Shown: positions 8,198 through 17,093 of the stretch, piece by piece | Numbering within the stretch: position 1 is the stretch's first letter | How the letters are laid out: each line of letters opens with the position of its first letter | Assembly (NCBI GenBank): GCA_902515185.1 | Contig: CABXTN010000004.1 | Coordinates: 614-64,613, forward strand | DNA length: 64,000 nucleotides | Reading direction: 5' to 3' | Source of the DNA: an uncultured Pelagibacteraceae bacterium | Lineage (GTDB): Bacteria > Pseudomonadota > Alphaproteobacteria > Pelagibacterales > Pelagibacteraceae | Translations under genes and position numbers: made by a program | The notes under the pieces: model-generated | What the model was told of the DNA's origin: nothing | The model's input: the letters and a program-made list of their open reading frames with translations, nothing else | Databases searched by the model: none

Positions 8198-8515
8198 ATG
8201 CTTATAGATTTTACAGACTCTGACTTTGAATCAAAAGTAAAAAACGAAGAAGTATCTATACTACAATTTTCAGCCGCTTGGTGTGGACCTTGTAAAGTTT
8301 TAAAACCAATTATGGAAAAGTTATCCGACGAGTTTAAAGATAAAGCTAATTTTTATTACGCAGATATAGACGAGAAAGCAATAAACTCAGCTAGTGCAGC
8401 AGCGGTAAGAGGAGTTCCAACTGTCGTTGTTTACAAAAAAGGTGTAGAAGTTGCACGTAAAGTCGGTGGTCTTCCTGAGCAGCAAATGAGAGACTTCTTA
8501 AAAGAGAATCTTTAA
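8198..8515 (+). CDS. trxA: Thioredoxin
   Basis: WCGPC, RGVPT. Confidence 0.96.
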   Translation: MLIDFTDSDFESKVKNEEVSILQFSAAWCGPCKVLKPIMEKLSDEFKDKANFYYADIDEKAINSASAAAVRGVPTVVVYKKGVEVARKVGGLPEQQMRDFLKENL

Positions 8516-9777
8516 TTTAGGTTTAATACTTCACCCATTAAATAGAGTGAACCTGTAATAAGACAAATTGAGTTTTGTGTATTTGACAACTTTTTTAAAA
8601 TACTTTCAACGTTGTCTGATAACATCACTTCATTACCCATATCCTCTAATTTTTTTTTAAATTTTTCTTTTGAAATTGACCCTGTGTGATTTGGTATATC
8701 TATTAAGGTAATGGATTTTGCCACATTTTTTAAATTATATATAAACTCATTATGTGATTTATCTTCCATCATACCAACAACTACATGTACGTTTTCATTT
8801 TGTTGTTTAATCCATAATGCAAGTGATTTACTTGCACCAATATTATGCCCACCATCACAAAATATTTTATTATCTCCAATAATATTCTTTAATTTACCAG
8901 TTTTCAGTTCTTGTAGGCGACCTTTAAGTTCAATTTTTTTTATACCTAATTTAACATCTTCATCTTTAATTTTGAAAATTTTTCTTGATGCAGCTATAGC
9001 GGTACTAATATTTCCTAATTGATGATCGCCTAAAATATTTGGCTCAGGTAGCAAAATTTCTCCCAAATCGTCTTGAAAATATATAAAATTATTCTCTTTT
9101 CTTGAAATACTGAAATTCTCATTAAAATAATATTTTTTTGAGTTATTTTTACCTAAAGATTTTTTAATTTTTTTTGTAATTTCATCTGTATCTTGTTTAT
9201 TTACAAAAATACTTGAGTTAAGTAATTTTATTGTTTTTTCATGTATTATTCCATCAATTGTTTTATTTTTTATCCAATGAGTATGATCAAGGCCAATATA
9301 ACCTATCATAGTAAATAGATTTTCTTTAAATACATTTGTGCTATCAAATTGATGGAATAGACCTGCCTCAATTATATTCACATTATCTTTAAAGTTTTCT
9401 GCATATTTCAAAAATCCGCATGTTAATATTTCAAATAAGCTTGCATTTTGATCACCAAGAATTTTTTCGACATCAATTAACAAATTTATTAAATCTTCAT
9501 CAAGAATCTCTTTATCATTAAATATAAATCTTTCAGAAAGGGATTGTAAATGTGGAGAAGTATACAAATTACACTTATATCCACCCTGATTTAAAATTGA
9601 TTTTAAGCTACAGCACATACTTGCTTTAGCATTAGTACCAACAACTGTAATAACATTTCTAAGTTTGTCTTGTGGATTACCTAGTTTTTTTAGTAAGTTA
9701 AAAGTACGATCTAAAGAAAGATCGATTTTTTTATTATGATGCTTCTCTAATTTCTTTAATAGTTGTTGAAGTTTCAT
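8512..9777 (-). CDS. folC: Folylpolyglutamate/dihydrofolate synthase
   Basis: GTNAKAS (variant P-loop), YTSPHL, DGGHN, GSLYL; downstream of accD. Confidence 0.92.
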   Translation of the reverse strand: MKLQQLLKKLEKHHNKKIDLSLDRTFNLLKKLGNPQDKLRNVITVVGTNAKASMCCSLKSILNQGGYKCNLYTSPHLQSLSERFIFNDKEILDEDLINLLIDVEKILGDQNASLFEILTCGFLKYAENFKDNVNIIEAGLFHQFDSTNVFKENLFTMIGYIGLDHTHWIKNKTIDGIIHEKTIKLLNSSIFVNKQDTDEITKKIKKSLGKNNSKKYYFNENFSISRKENNFIYFQDDLGEILLPEPNILGDHQLGNISTAIAASRKIFKIKDEDVKLGIKKIELKGRLQELKTGKLKNIIGDNKIFCDGGHNIGASKSLALWIKQQNENVHVVVGMMEDKSHNEFIYNLKNVAKSITLIDIPNHTGSISKEKFKKKLEDMGNEVMLSDNVESILKKLSNTQNSICLITGSLYLMGEVLNLN

Positions 9778-10660
9778 CTGAAGTTAGGCTTATATCAGAT
9801 TTTTGTTTTAATAATATTGATAAAAGAAGTCCTATTTTTTGACTTAAATCCTTTCTTTCAACTATCAAATCTACAAAGCCACACTTAAGCAAATATTCAC
9901 TTGTTTGAAAATTTTCTGGTAAATCTTCTTTGACAGTAGCTTGAATTACTCTTTTCCCCGCAAATGCTATTAGTGCCCCAGGTTCTGATAAAGATATATC
10001 GCCAAGCATAGCAAATGATGCAGTTATTCCTCCAGCTGTTGGATCTGTAAAACATATAATATATGGAAGATTATTTTTTTTTAATTCATTTATAGCTAAA
10101 GTTGTTCTTGTCATTTGAGATAGTGCTATAGGCGACTCAAACATTCTTTGACCTCCACCACATGGGAAAAAAATAAAAGGGGTTTTATTATCTATAGCAT
10201 GTTGAATACCATAAATTATTGCTTCCCCCTCTGCAGCACCAACAGAACCACCAATAAAATCGAAATTAATTGCCCCAACAGTAACTTCTATATTATTTAA
10301 TCTCCCTTTTGCAATTTGTACTGCTGTTTCCTGGTTAGTTTTTTTTCTAGCATTCTTTAATCTTTCTTTATAAGGCTTTGAATCATTCCATTCTAATGGA
10401 TCGTCCATTGGTATTGGAGTGTTTAAAATTTTATAATTATTTTTACCAAAAAATATATCAAATCTTTGTTTGCAATTAATTCTATGATGCTTTCCACATA
10501 GTTGACATGTCCATAAATTATCTTCTAAATCTTTTTTTAAAACTGGACCTTTACAACAAGATGTCCAGTCACTATTCTCCATATCCTTTTTAGTGGGTCT
10601 TGTTTTTAATAACTTTTTGATCTTTTCACCAATTTTAATAGTTTTTTTTATCCAATTCAT
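9734..10660 (-). CDS. accD: Acetyl-CoA carboxylase carboxyltransferase beta subunit
   Basis: FDFIGGSVG, GGQRMFE, DPTAGGITASFAMLGD, FQTSEYL. Confidence 0.96.
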   Translation of the reverse strand: MNWIKKTIKIGEKIKKLLKTRPTKKDMENSDWTSCCKGPVLKKDLEDNLWTCQLCGKHHRINCKQRFDIFFGKNNYKILNTPIPMDDPLEWNDSKPYKERLKNARKKTNQETAVQIAKGRLNNIEVTVGAINFDFIGGSVGAAEGEAIIYGIQHAIDNKTPFIFFPCGGGQRMFESPIALSQMTRTTLAINELKKNNLPYIICFTDPTAGGITASFAMLGDISLSEPGALIAFAGKRVIQATVKEDLPENFQTSEYLLKCGFVDLIVERKDLSQKIGLLLSILLKQKSDISLTSDETSTTIKEIREAS

Positions 10661-11454
10661 ATAATTTTAGATTTTAACTTTTTTACCATATTACCTAGAT
10701 TTGTGACAGGATTTTGTCTTTTCTGAATACTATTAGTAATTTCTTTGCATAAAGCACTGCCTACAACCAGTCCGTCTGCTTTTTTTAGTTTTGAAATAGT
10801 TTTTTCTGTTATTCCAAACCCAATAACGCAATTTTTATTCTTACTTATTTTTTTTATTTTATTATAATTCTTAAAAATTTCACTCGGTTTTACTTTTAGT
10901 TTTCCTCCTGTAGTTGATAACATACTTATATAATAAATCATATCATGAGAGTCTTTAATTATATTTCTCATTCTACTCGCTGAGGTGGTGGGAGATATTA
11001 ACTGGACAAAGCATATTGAATTATTGAAACATTTTTTTGCAAATTGCTTATTTTCAGGGTAGGGCAAATCAACAATAATTATTCCATCAACTTTAGCTTT
11101 TTTGCAATTTTTTAAAAATTTATTTTCACCTAGCTGGAATATCATATTGTAATAACCCATAAGTATAATTGGTTTACTTTTATTTTTTACTTTGAATTTT
11201 TTTACTATATTAAATACATCTTTTATTTTAATTCCGTTTTTTAATGCTCTATTAGAACTTGTTTGAATTTGTCCTCCATCAGCTATTGGAGTATTATGAG
11301 GGAAACCAAGCTCACAAATATCTGCATATTTAGAAATTTTATTTAATATATCTAAGGATTTTTTTTTAGAATTATCTCCAGCAACAGTATAAGTTAAAAG
11401 AGCTGGTCTAAGTTCATTTTTACATTTTTGAAAAGATTTTCTAATTAATGACAT
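10657..11454 (-). CDS. trpA: Tryptophan synthase alpha chain
   Basis: ELGFP..PIADG.QIQ, LMGYYN, GFGI, DGLVVGSA. Confidence 0.95.
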   Translation of the reverse strand: MSLIRKSFQKCKNELRPALLTYTVAGDNSKKKSLDILNKISKYADICELGFPHNTPIADGGQIQTSSNRALKNGIKIKDVFNIVKKFKVKNKSKPIILMGYYNMIFQLGENKFLKNCKKAKVDGIIIVDLPYPENKQFAKKCFNNSICFVQLISPTTSASRMRNIIKDSHDMIYYISMLSTTGGKLKVKPSEIFKNYNKIKKISKNKNCVIGFGITEKTISKLKKADGLVVGSALCKEITNSIQKRQNPVTNLGNMVKKLKSKII

Positions 11455-12682
11455 TATTTCCTAATCTTTTTTTTAAAATATCACGATCCTTTTTGGCATC
11501 TCCACAGCTATTAATAATACAGATTGTATCTCTGCTAAGTTTTGGCGCTATTTTTATTACTTCTGCAAATGCATGGCTGGGCTCTAGACTTGGGTTAAGT
11601 TTTTCAAGTTTAGTAACTAATTTATATGCATCTAATGCATCCTCATCTGTTGCATATGTATATCTTGCTCTTTTCGTATCTTTTAAAAAACAATGAATTG
11701 GACTCACACCAGGATAATCTAAACCTGCACTAATTGATTGAGTATCTTTAATTTGACCCTCTTTATCTTGACATACATAAGAAGCTGCACCGTGTAAAAT
11801 ACCTAACTTTGCACCCCTACTTAAGGGAGCTGCATGTAACTTCGATTTTTTTGGTCCCCCTGCCTCTACACCTATAAGTTCAACTTGGTTTTTGCTAAAA
11901 TCTATAAATTCACTCCAAAAACCATATGCTGAGCTACCTCCACCAACGCAATTTATTAATTTTATTTTTTTTGGTATTTTGCCAAAATTTTTTTTAAGTT
12001 GATCTTTAAGTTCTCGAGAGATTTGTGTTGTACTCCATCCACAAATCTTCACAAATATATTTGGACCAACAGTAGATCCAACACACATATGCGTTGAATC
12101 ACAATTTGAAACCCAGTATCTCATACATTCTGATACAGCATCAACTAAAGTTTGACTTCCAGTATAAACTGGAACAATTTCAGCACCATTTTTCCTTATT
12201 GCATCACAATTAGGTTTTTGTCTTTGAATATCTTTTGCCCCCATAAATATTTTACACTTTAAACCAAATTTCTTTGCTGCCATACTTAACATTTTACCAG
12301 CATAACCAGCGCCTGTATCACCCACTATAAATTTTTTACCAGCTTTTTTTGCAATTAAACAATGTACAGTAGCGTTATATATTTTATGTGCCCCACCATT
12401 TGCATCCGAAACAACTTTGGCCCATATTTGAGCACCATTTAACTCATCAGTTAAATTTTGTAATTTAATAAATCTAGTTGGAGATCCTACCCAATTTTTA
12501 AAGTGTTTATCTCTTTCTTTAATAAAAGAGTTGTTATTTCTGAGTTTAAAAAATAGATTTTCTAAATCAGAAACAGGTTTTTTTAAAGTTTCTGGAATAA
12601 AATTACCACCAAATTTTCCACCCCAAAAACCACCTTTATCGTGTTGATCTATTAGGGGTATTTTTTTTTTAATCTTTAGCAT
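11441..12682 (-). CDS. trpB: Tryptophan synthase beta chain (divergent active site)
   Basis: GAHK PLP lysine, TGAG, CVGGGS, SISAGLDYPGV; between trpF and trpA. Confidence 0.92.
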   Translation of the reverse strand: MLKIKKKIPLIDQHDKGGFWGGKFGGNFIPETLKKPVSDLENLFFKLRNNNSFIKERDKHFKNWVGSPTRFIKLQNLTDELNGAQIWAKVVSDANGGAHKIYNATVHCLIAKKAGKKFIVGDTGAGYAGKMLSMAAKKFGLKCKIFMGAKDIQRQKPNCDAIRKNGAEIVPVYTGSQTLVDAVSECMRYWVSNCDSTHMCVGSTVGPNIFVKICGWSTTQISRELKDQLKKNFGKIPKKIKLINCVGGGSSAYGFWSEFIDFSKNQVELIGVEAGGPKKSKLHAAPLSRGAKLGILHGAASYVCQDKEGQIKDTQSISAGLDYPGVSPIHCFLKDTKRARYTYATDEDALDAYKLVTKLEKLNPSLEPSHAFAEVIKIAPKLSRDTICIINSCGDAKKDRDILKKRLGNNVIN

Positions 12683-13292
12683 TCAGCTCTCTCAAATTTT
12701 TTAAAAAAATATCTATTTTCTTTAAATCTTTTATATTTTCTGTTTCAAGACTTCCTGATAAATCTATTATATTTGTAATTTTTTGGAAATTATCAAGATT
12801 GTCATTGTATTTTATATCTCCAGCTATCATTTTTTCAATATTATTTGGCAAGTCTTTTATTAAAGAATGCTCAAAACCTATTGATTTTTCATAACCTTTT
12901 CCATCAAATAAAAAAATGTCTGAAATATTTAAGTAATCTTTATATTTACCCACGTCATTTTTGTTTTTAATTGTCAAAGCAGTTATAATTTTTTTTTTAT
13001 AATTACTAATAATCATTTTAGTTTTTTGAGGACTAGTGTCATACAGCTGGTATAAGTCAAAATTAAAATTTTTTATTTTCTCAAGAATTTCGTTTGATGG
13101 ATTAACTAAAACAGCAACAAACTGAACGTTCTTTTTATCTATGCTTGTTAAGTATTTAAGTTTTTCGATTTCAACAAATCTTTTTGACTTTGGATAATTG
13201 CATATAAACCCTATATAGTCAGGTGGATAGCTATGCTCTAAAATATACTTTAATGTTTTATCATCTTTGATACCGCAAATTTTTGCTTTCAT
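12669..13292 (-). CDS. trpF: Phosphoribosylanthranilate isomerase
   Basis: KICGI, YIGF..SKRFV, IDLSGSLE..KD. Confidence 0.92.
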   Translation of the reverse strand: MKAKICGIKDDKTLKYILEHSYPPDYIGFICNYPKSKRFVEIEKLKYLTSIDKKNVQFVAVLVNPSNEILEKIKNFNFDLYQLYDTSPQKTKMIISNYKKKIITALTIKNKNDVGKYKDYLNISDIFLFDGKGYEKSIGFEHSLIKDLPNNIEKMIAGDIKYNDNLDNFQKITNIIDLSGSLETENIKDLKKIDIFLKNLRELNAKD

Positions 13293-13293
13293 T

Positions 13294-14184
13294 CTAATCT
13301 AGCCATTTATTAAAAATATTAGAATTACTTTTTATATAATCTGGTAGCTCATTTGAACTAATTTTTAATAGAAGAGGCCCTTTCCCAAATTTGTTTTGTC
13401 TTTGATCAACTCCAAGATTGTAAATTGCTCTTTTATTTTTAATTATATTTTCTATTTGTTCTAAATTTAGTGGATTTTCATCGAATTCTTGATGATGCAA
13501 ATATGATTTAAGTTTATATTCAATTTCTTCGGGTGTTTTTATATTTGTGTAATGCCAACCACCCTCTTCAATAATATTCAAATTTCTATATTTAGTCTCT
13601 GAAAATAAAATATCCAATCTATAAAATGCAAATTTTTTATCTTTAATATTTCTTAACCATTGAGGATTTTTAAATATTTTCATTTTACATGCTTTGGAGC
13701 CAGTCCATTTAAAACCAGGAAGTTTAAGATTGAATTTATAATAAAACATATCTTGTTTAAAAATTATGATTTCATTATTTATCTTATTTAAGTCTAATTT
13801 AGATAGATCAGGTATTTCATCTAAATCAGAAATTATTATAATATCATCTGAAGATGCATTTTTTAAACCATTTGATATAAAATTTCTCTGTCCATTTTCT
13901 CTCTTACCAGCGTTGAATATATATTTACTTGATATATCTGGTTTAGTATCTTGTTTTTCAAATTTATAAAGATCAGGTGGTTCTTGATCATAAACTAAAT
14001 AAATTATTTTTTTTTCAAATTTTTTGAAGTTCTTTATGTTAAATTTAAGTTTTTTATATTCACCTTTATGATTATACTTGCTTTCAACTATAACAAAATA
14101 ATCTATGTATTTATCGAGTAAATTTAGCCTAAGATCTAAAACTAAATCTTCATCAAAATACATGAAACAATCAAATACTTTCAT
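13294..14184 (-). CDS. Glycosyltransferase family 17-like protein
   Basis: FDCFMYFDE..L, YFVIVES, E..QRN, ISDLDEIP (DxD), GGWHY. Confidence 0.75.
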   Translation of the reverse strand: MKVFDCFMYFDEDLVLDLRLNLLDKYIDYFVIVESKYNHKGEYKKLKFNIKNFKKFEKKIIYLVYDQEPPDLYKFEKQDTKPDISSKYIFNAGKRENGQRNFISNGLKNASSDDIIIISDLDEIPDLSKLDLNKINNEIIIFKQDMFYYKFNLKLPGFKWTGSKACKMKIFKNPQWLRNIKDKKFAFYRLDILFSETKYRNLNIIEEGGWHYTNIKTPEEIEYKLKSYLHHQEFDENPLNLEQIENIIKNKRAIYNLGVDQRQNKFGKGPLLLKISSNELPDYIKSNSNIFNKWLD

Positions 14185-14226
14185 AAATTTATTTAATTCA
14201 ACTTAATACTATATTAAAAGAGTATT

Positions 14227-14751
14227 GTGGAAAAAAAATTAATAGTAAGCTTTGATGAATATATTAATACAGTTGAAAAACTTGCTGTAGATATAAACAA
14301 AGATTTTAATCCAACAGTTTTAGTAGGTATAATGAGAGGGGGGGCCCCTATAATTGATATATTATCAAGAATATTCAAATTACCTACAGCTTATATAGTT
14401 ATACAAAGCTATAGCGGATTAGGAATGGAGGATAAACAGAGTGAATTAATTTTTGCTAGAGAGATTAGTTCGATTGCTAGTGAAAAAGATTTTGAAAAAG
14501 TTTTATTAGTTGATGATTTATCAGATACTGGGCTTACTCTTAATAAAAGTATTGAGTGGCTTAAAAAGTATGATCCTATTAAAAATTATATTAAAGAAAT
14601 CAAAACTGCATGTTTATGGAAAAAAAAATCATCAAAATTTAGCCCAGATTATTGTCCAGTTAAACTCGAGAGTGATCCATGGATTGTTCAACCAACTGAA
14701 CATTATGAAGAACTTTCAATAGATAAGATAGTTTTAAAACAAAAAAAATAG
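14227..14751 (+). CDS. Purine (xanthine/guanine-type) phosphoribosyltransferase
   Basis: GIMRGG, PRPP loop VLLVDDLSDTGLT, WIVQP. Confidence 0.85.
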   Translation: MEKKLIVSFDEYINTVEKLAVDINKDFNPTVLVGIMRGGAPIIDILSRIFKLPTAYIVIQSYSGLGMEDKQSELIFAREISSIASEKDFEKVLLVDDLSDTGLTLNKSIEWLKKYDPIKNYIKEIKTACLWKKKSSKFSPDYCPVKLESDPWIVQPTEHYEELSIDKIVLKQKK

Positions 14752-14772
14752 GGCTAGAAAATCTAGCCCTAT
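14748..14772. terminator. Bidirectional intrinsic terminator between the PRTase and the permease
   Basis: ATAGGGCTAGA-AAA-TCTAGCCCTAT with an A-run on the left and a T-rich run on the right; convergent genes. Confidence 0.85.
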
Positions 14773-14781
14773 AATTATTTT

Positions 14782-16092
14782 TTATGCTACTGTAAAACTT
14801 ATTATACTTAAAACTGCTATCACCCATATAGCTGGTGATGTAGTACTAAATTTACCAGTAAAAATTTTAATAAGTGCGTACGACACGAAAGCCAAAGCAA
14901 TTCCATTACTTATACTATATGTCAATGGCATTGTGATCATAGCGATTATTGCTGGCGCTGATTCCGAGATGTCATCCCACTCAATATCAGTGATGTTTCT
15001 TACGAACAGTATTGCTACATAAAGTAATGCCGCTCCATCTATTTCTTTTGGAAGACTAGTCGCAAGGGGCGCAAAAAATAAACACATTAAGAAAAGAATT
15101 CCAATCACTAAAGAAGTCATTCCCGTTCTACCACCAGCTTTTACACCAGCTCCTGATTCTACGTAGCTAGTAACTGTTGTTGTTCCCATCAAAGCTCCAG
15201 CAACCGTTCCAACACTATCTGACAACATAGCTTTATTTATATCTTGTACTCGTCCTTTGCTATCAACTTTACCCGCAACATTGGCGACAGATGTTAATGT
15301 TCCGGCCGTATCAAAAAAATCAATAAACAATAAAGTAAATACAACAGTTGACATACTAGCTGTGAGCGCTGCTTTAAGATCAAAATCAAACAAGTAAGTC
15401 ATTGGAGGAATCTCTCCAACCACACCATTGAATTTAGCAAGACCCGTTACCCATGCAATTATACTAAATACAAGTATTCCTATAATTATATTACCTTTTA
15501 TTTTAAGTTTCTCTAGCACAACCATTACTACAAAAGCTAAACAACCTAAAAGTACCAAAGGGTTTTTAATATCTCCAAGTGTAACTAATGTTACAGGATG
15601 ATCTCCTACTACACCCATAATCTCAAGACCAATAATTGCTAAGAACAATCCTATACCAGCTCCAATTCCAAGTTTTAAACTTCTTGGTATTGAATTTATC
15701 AACCAAGCCCTGATAGGTGTTAATGAAATTATTAAAAATAATACGCCTGCAACTAACACAGCACCTAGTGCTGCTTGAGGTGTATATCCCATTCCTGCCA
15801 CAACACCAAAAGCTACAAATGCATTAATACCCATTCCTGGAGCCAAACCAATTGGCCAAGTTTTTCCATAGAACGCCATTATAAAGCAAGCTATAGCTGT
15901 TGCTAAAATTGTTGCCGTAAACACTGCGCCAAAATCAAAAAATCCAGCATCAGGCCCTGCAAACTCACCACTTAAAATAAATGGATTTAAAAACATTATG
16001 TATGCCATAGTTAAAAATGTAGTAATTCCGGCAATTACTTCTGTTTTAAAATCAGTTTTATGTTTTTTATAATCAAAATATTTATCTAACAT
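14782..16092 (-). CDS. NCS2/AzgA-family purine permease
   Basis: TEVIAGITTFLTMAYI, APGMG.NAF, FFDTAGT, YVESGAG, GGRTG; strong GGAGG RBS. Confidence 0.93.
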   Translation of the reverse strand: MLDKYFDYKKHKTDFKTEVIAGITTFLTMAYIMFLNPFILSGEFAGPDAGFFDFGAVFTATILATAIACFIMAFYGKTWPIGLAPGMGINAFVAFGVVAGMGYTPQAALGAVLVAGVLFLIISLTPIRAWLINSIPRSLKLGIGAGIGLFLAIIGLEIMGVVGDHPVTLVTLGDIKNPLVLLGCLAFVVMVVLEKLKIKGNIIIGILVFSIIAWVTGLAKFNGVVGEIPPMTYLFDFDLKAALTASMSTVVFTLLFIDFFDTAGTLTSVANVAGKVDSKGRVQDINKAMLSDSVGTVAGALMGTTTVTSYVESGAGVKAGGRTGMTSLVIGILFLMCLFFAPLATSLPKEIDGAALLYVAILFVRNITDIEWDDISESAPAIIAMITMPLTYSISNGIALAFVSYALIKIFTGKFSTTSPAIWVIAVLSIISFTVA

Positions 16093-16216
16093 TTTTCCTC
16101 CTAGATAAGATAATTATTCGATTCTTTAAAAAAATTCTCTTTAAATCTTTGTTTGTTAACAAATTTCAACTTATAAGTTAGTTTTTTGAAAAAATAATAG
16201 ATGATATATTTATTAT

Positions 16217-16519
16217 ATGAATAAAATTATAAAAATTTTAATAATTTTTTTATTTTTCTTAAATACCGGCTGTAACACAATAAAAAGTAAAACAGATGAA
16301 ATTGTAAAAAAAGAAAATGAGAGATTAAGTGAATTTATAGGTCAGCCATTATCAGAATTGAAAATACAGATGGGCAAACCTGATAAAGAGGAGCGTAGTA
16401 ATAAAGATTTAAGAGTTCTTATATATAAAACAAAAAAATATGGAATTCCTTGTGAAAGAAAATTTGAACTAGACAACAAGGAAATAGTAATAGGTTTTGT
16501 TTCAAAAGGGTGTTTTTAA
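16217..16519 (+). CDS. Hypothetical lipoprotein
   Basis: Signal peptide with lipobox-like NTGC, MGKPD motif, two further Cys. Confidence 0.75.
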   Translation: MNKIIKILIIFLFFLNTGCNTIKSKTDEIVKKENERLSEFIGQPLSELKIQMGKPDKEERSNKDLRVLIYKTKKYGIPCERKFELDNKEIVIGFVSKGCF

Positions 16520-16521
16520 AA

Positions 16522-16544
16522 CTTGTGGGGTGTGACCCCACAAG
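16522..16544. terminator. Intrinsic terminator (ibpA, probably bidirectional)
   Basis: CTTGTGGGGT-GTG-ACCCCACAAG between convergent genes. Confidence 0.85.
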
Positions 16545-16554
16545 CAAGGTTTAC

Positions 16555-17001
16555 TTATTTAATTTCAATAAGTTTTTTTTTTTTATATTCTGGTACTATT
16601 CTTTCACACTCAATTGTTAAAAGACCATCTTTTAACTCAGCACCATCTACCTTTACATCATCAGCAATTGTAAACGATCTCACAAATTGTCTTTGAGATA
16701 TACCTTTGTGTAGAATTTCACCATCTTCATTTTTATCTTCAGATTTATTAACTTGCTTAGTTTTTACGGTCAATAAATTATCTTCAAATTCAACCTCTAC
16801 ATCTTTTTTAGAAAAGCCAGCTAAAGCAACTTCAATTGAGTATTTATCTTTTCCTGTTTTTCTAATATTGTAAGGTGGGTAATTTGACTGCATTGTCAAA
16901 TTTCCACTTCCTAACATATTCTCAAATTGATCGAACATATCATCAAAACCAATTGAAAATGGTCTTAGAGAGTTAAATATAGATAGATCCTTACTTGTCA
17001 T
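16555..17001 (-). CDS. ibpA: Small heat-shock protein (Hsp20)
   Basis: IGFD, NYPPYNI, ALAGF, HKGISQRQF.RSF, A.LKDGLL; start moved to ATG 17001, which has an AAGGAGG RBS. Confidence 0.95.
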   Translation of the reverse strand: MTSKDLSIFNSLRPFSIGFDDMFDQFENMLGSGNLTMQSNYPPYNIRKTGKDKYSIEVALAGFSKKDVEVEFEDNLLTVKTKQVNKSEDKNEDGEILHKGISQRQFVRSFTIADDVKVDGAELKDGLLTIECERIVPEYKKKKLIEIK

Positions 17002-17053
17002 TTTTCCTCCTTTGTTAGCAAGGTTATTGTAAGTCCCATTAGGCAACTTACAG
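17002..17053 (-). promoter_or_regulatory. ROSE-like RNA thermometer in the ibpA 5' UTR
   Basis: Minus strand: hairpin TGTAAGT..ACTTACA, then CCTTGCT-AACAA-AGGAGG, i.e. the U(U/C)GCU motif opposite the SD. Confidence 0.75.
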
Positions 17054-17059
17054 ATAATA

Positions 17060-17086
17060 ATTGGGTATTAATCTTATAAATTCAAG
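17060..17086 (-). promoter_or_regulatory. RpoH (sigma32) promoter of ibpA
   Basis: CTTGAA-N15-CCCAAT on the minus strand. Confidence 0.8.
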
Positions 17087-17093
17087 ATACAAA

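Noticed and set aside
13293-14226. Trp leader peptide for trpFBA
   Set aside because: There is no intergenic space before trpF and no Trp-codon uORF in the 42-nt spacer upstream of the glycosyltransferase.
16093-16216. Purine riboswitch upstream of the NCS2 permease
   Set aside because: The aptamer core motifs are not present and the region is almost entirely AT.
17002-17046. Extended IbpA N-terminus (MPNGTYNNLANKGGK)
   Set aside because: This is the 5' UTR/thermometer; the SD AAGGAGG defines ATG 17001.
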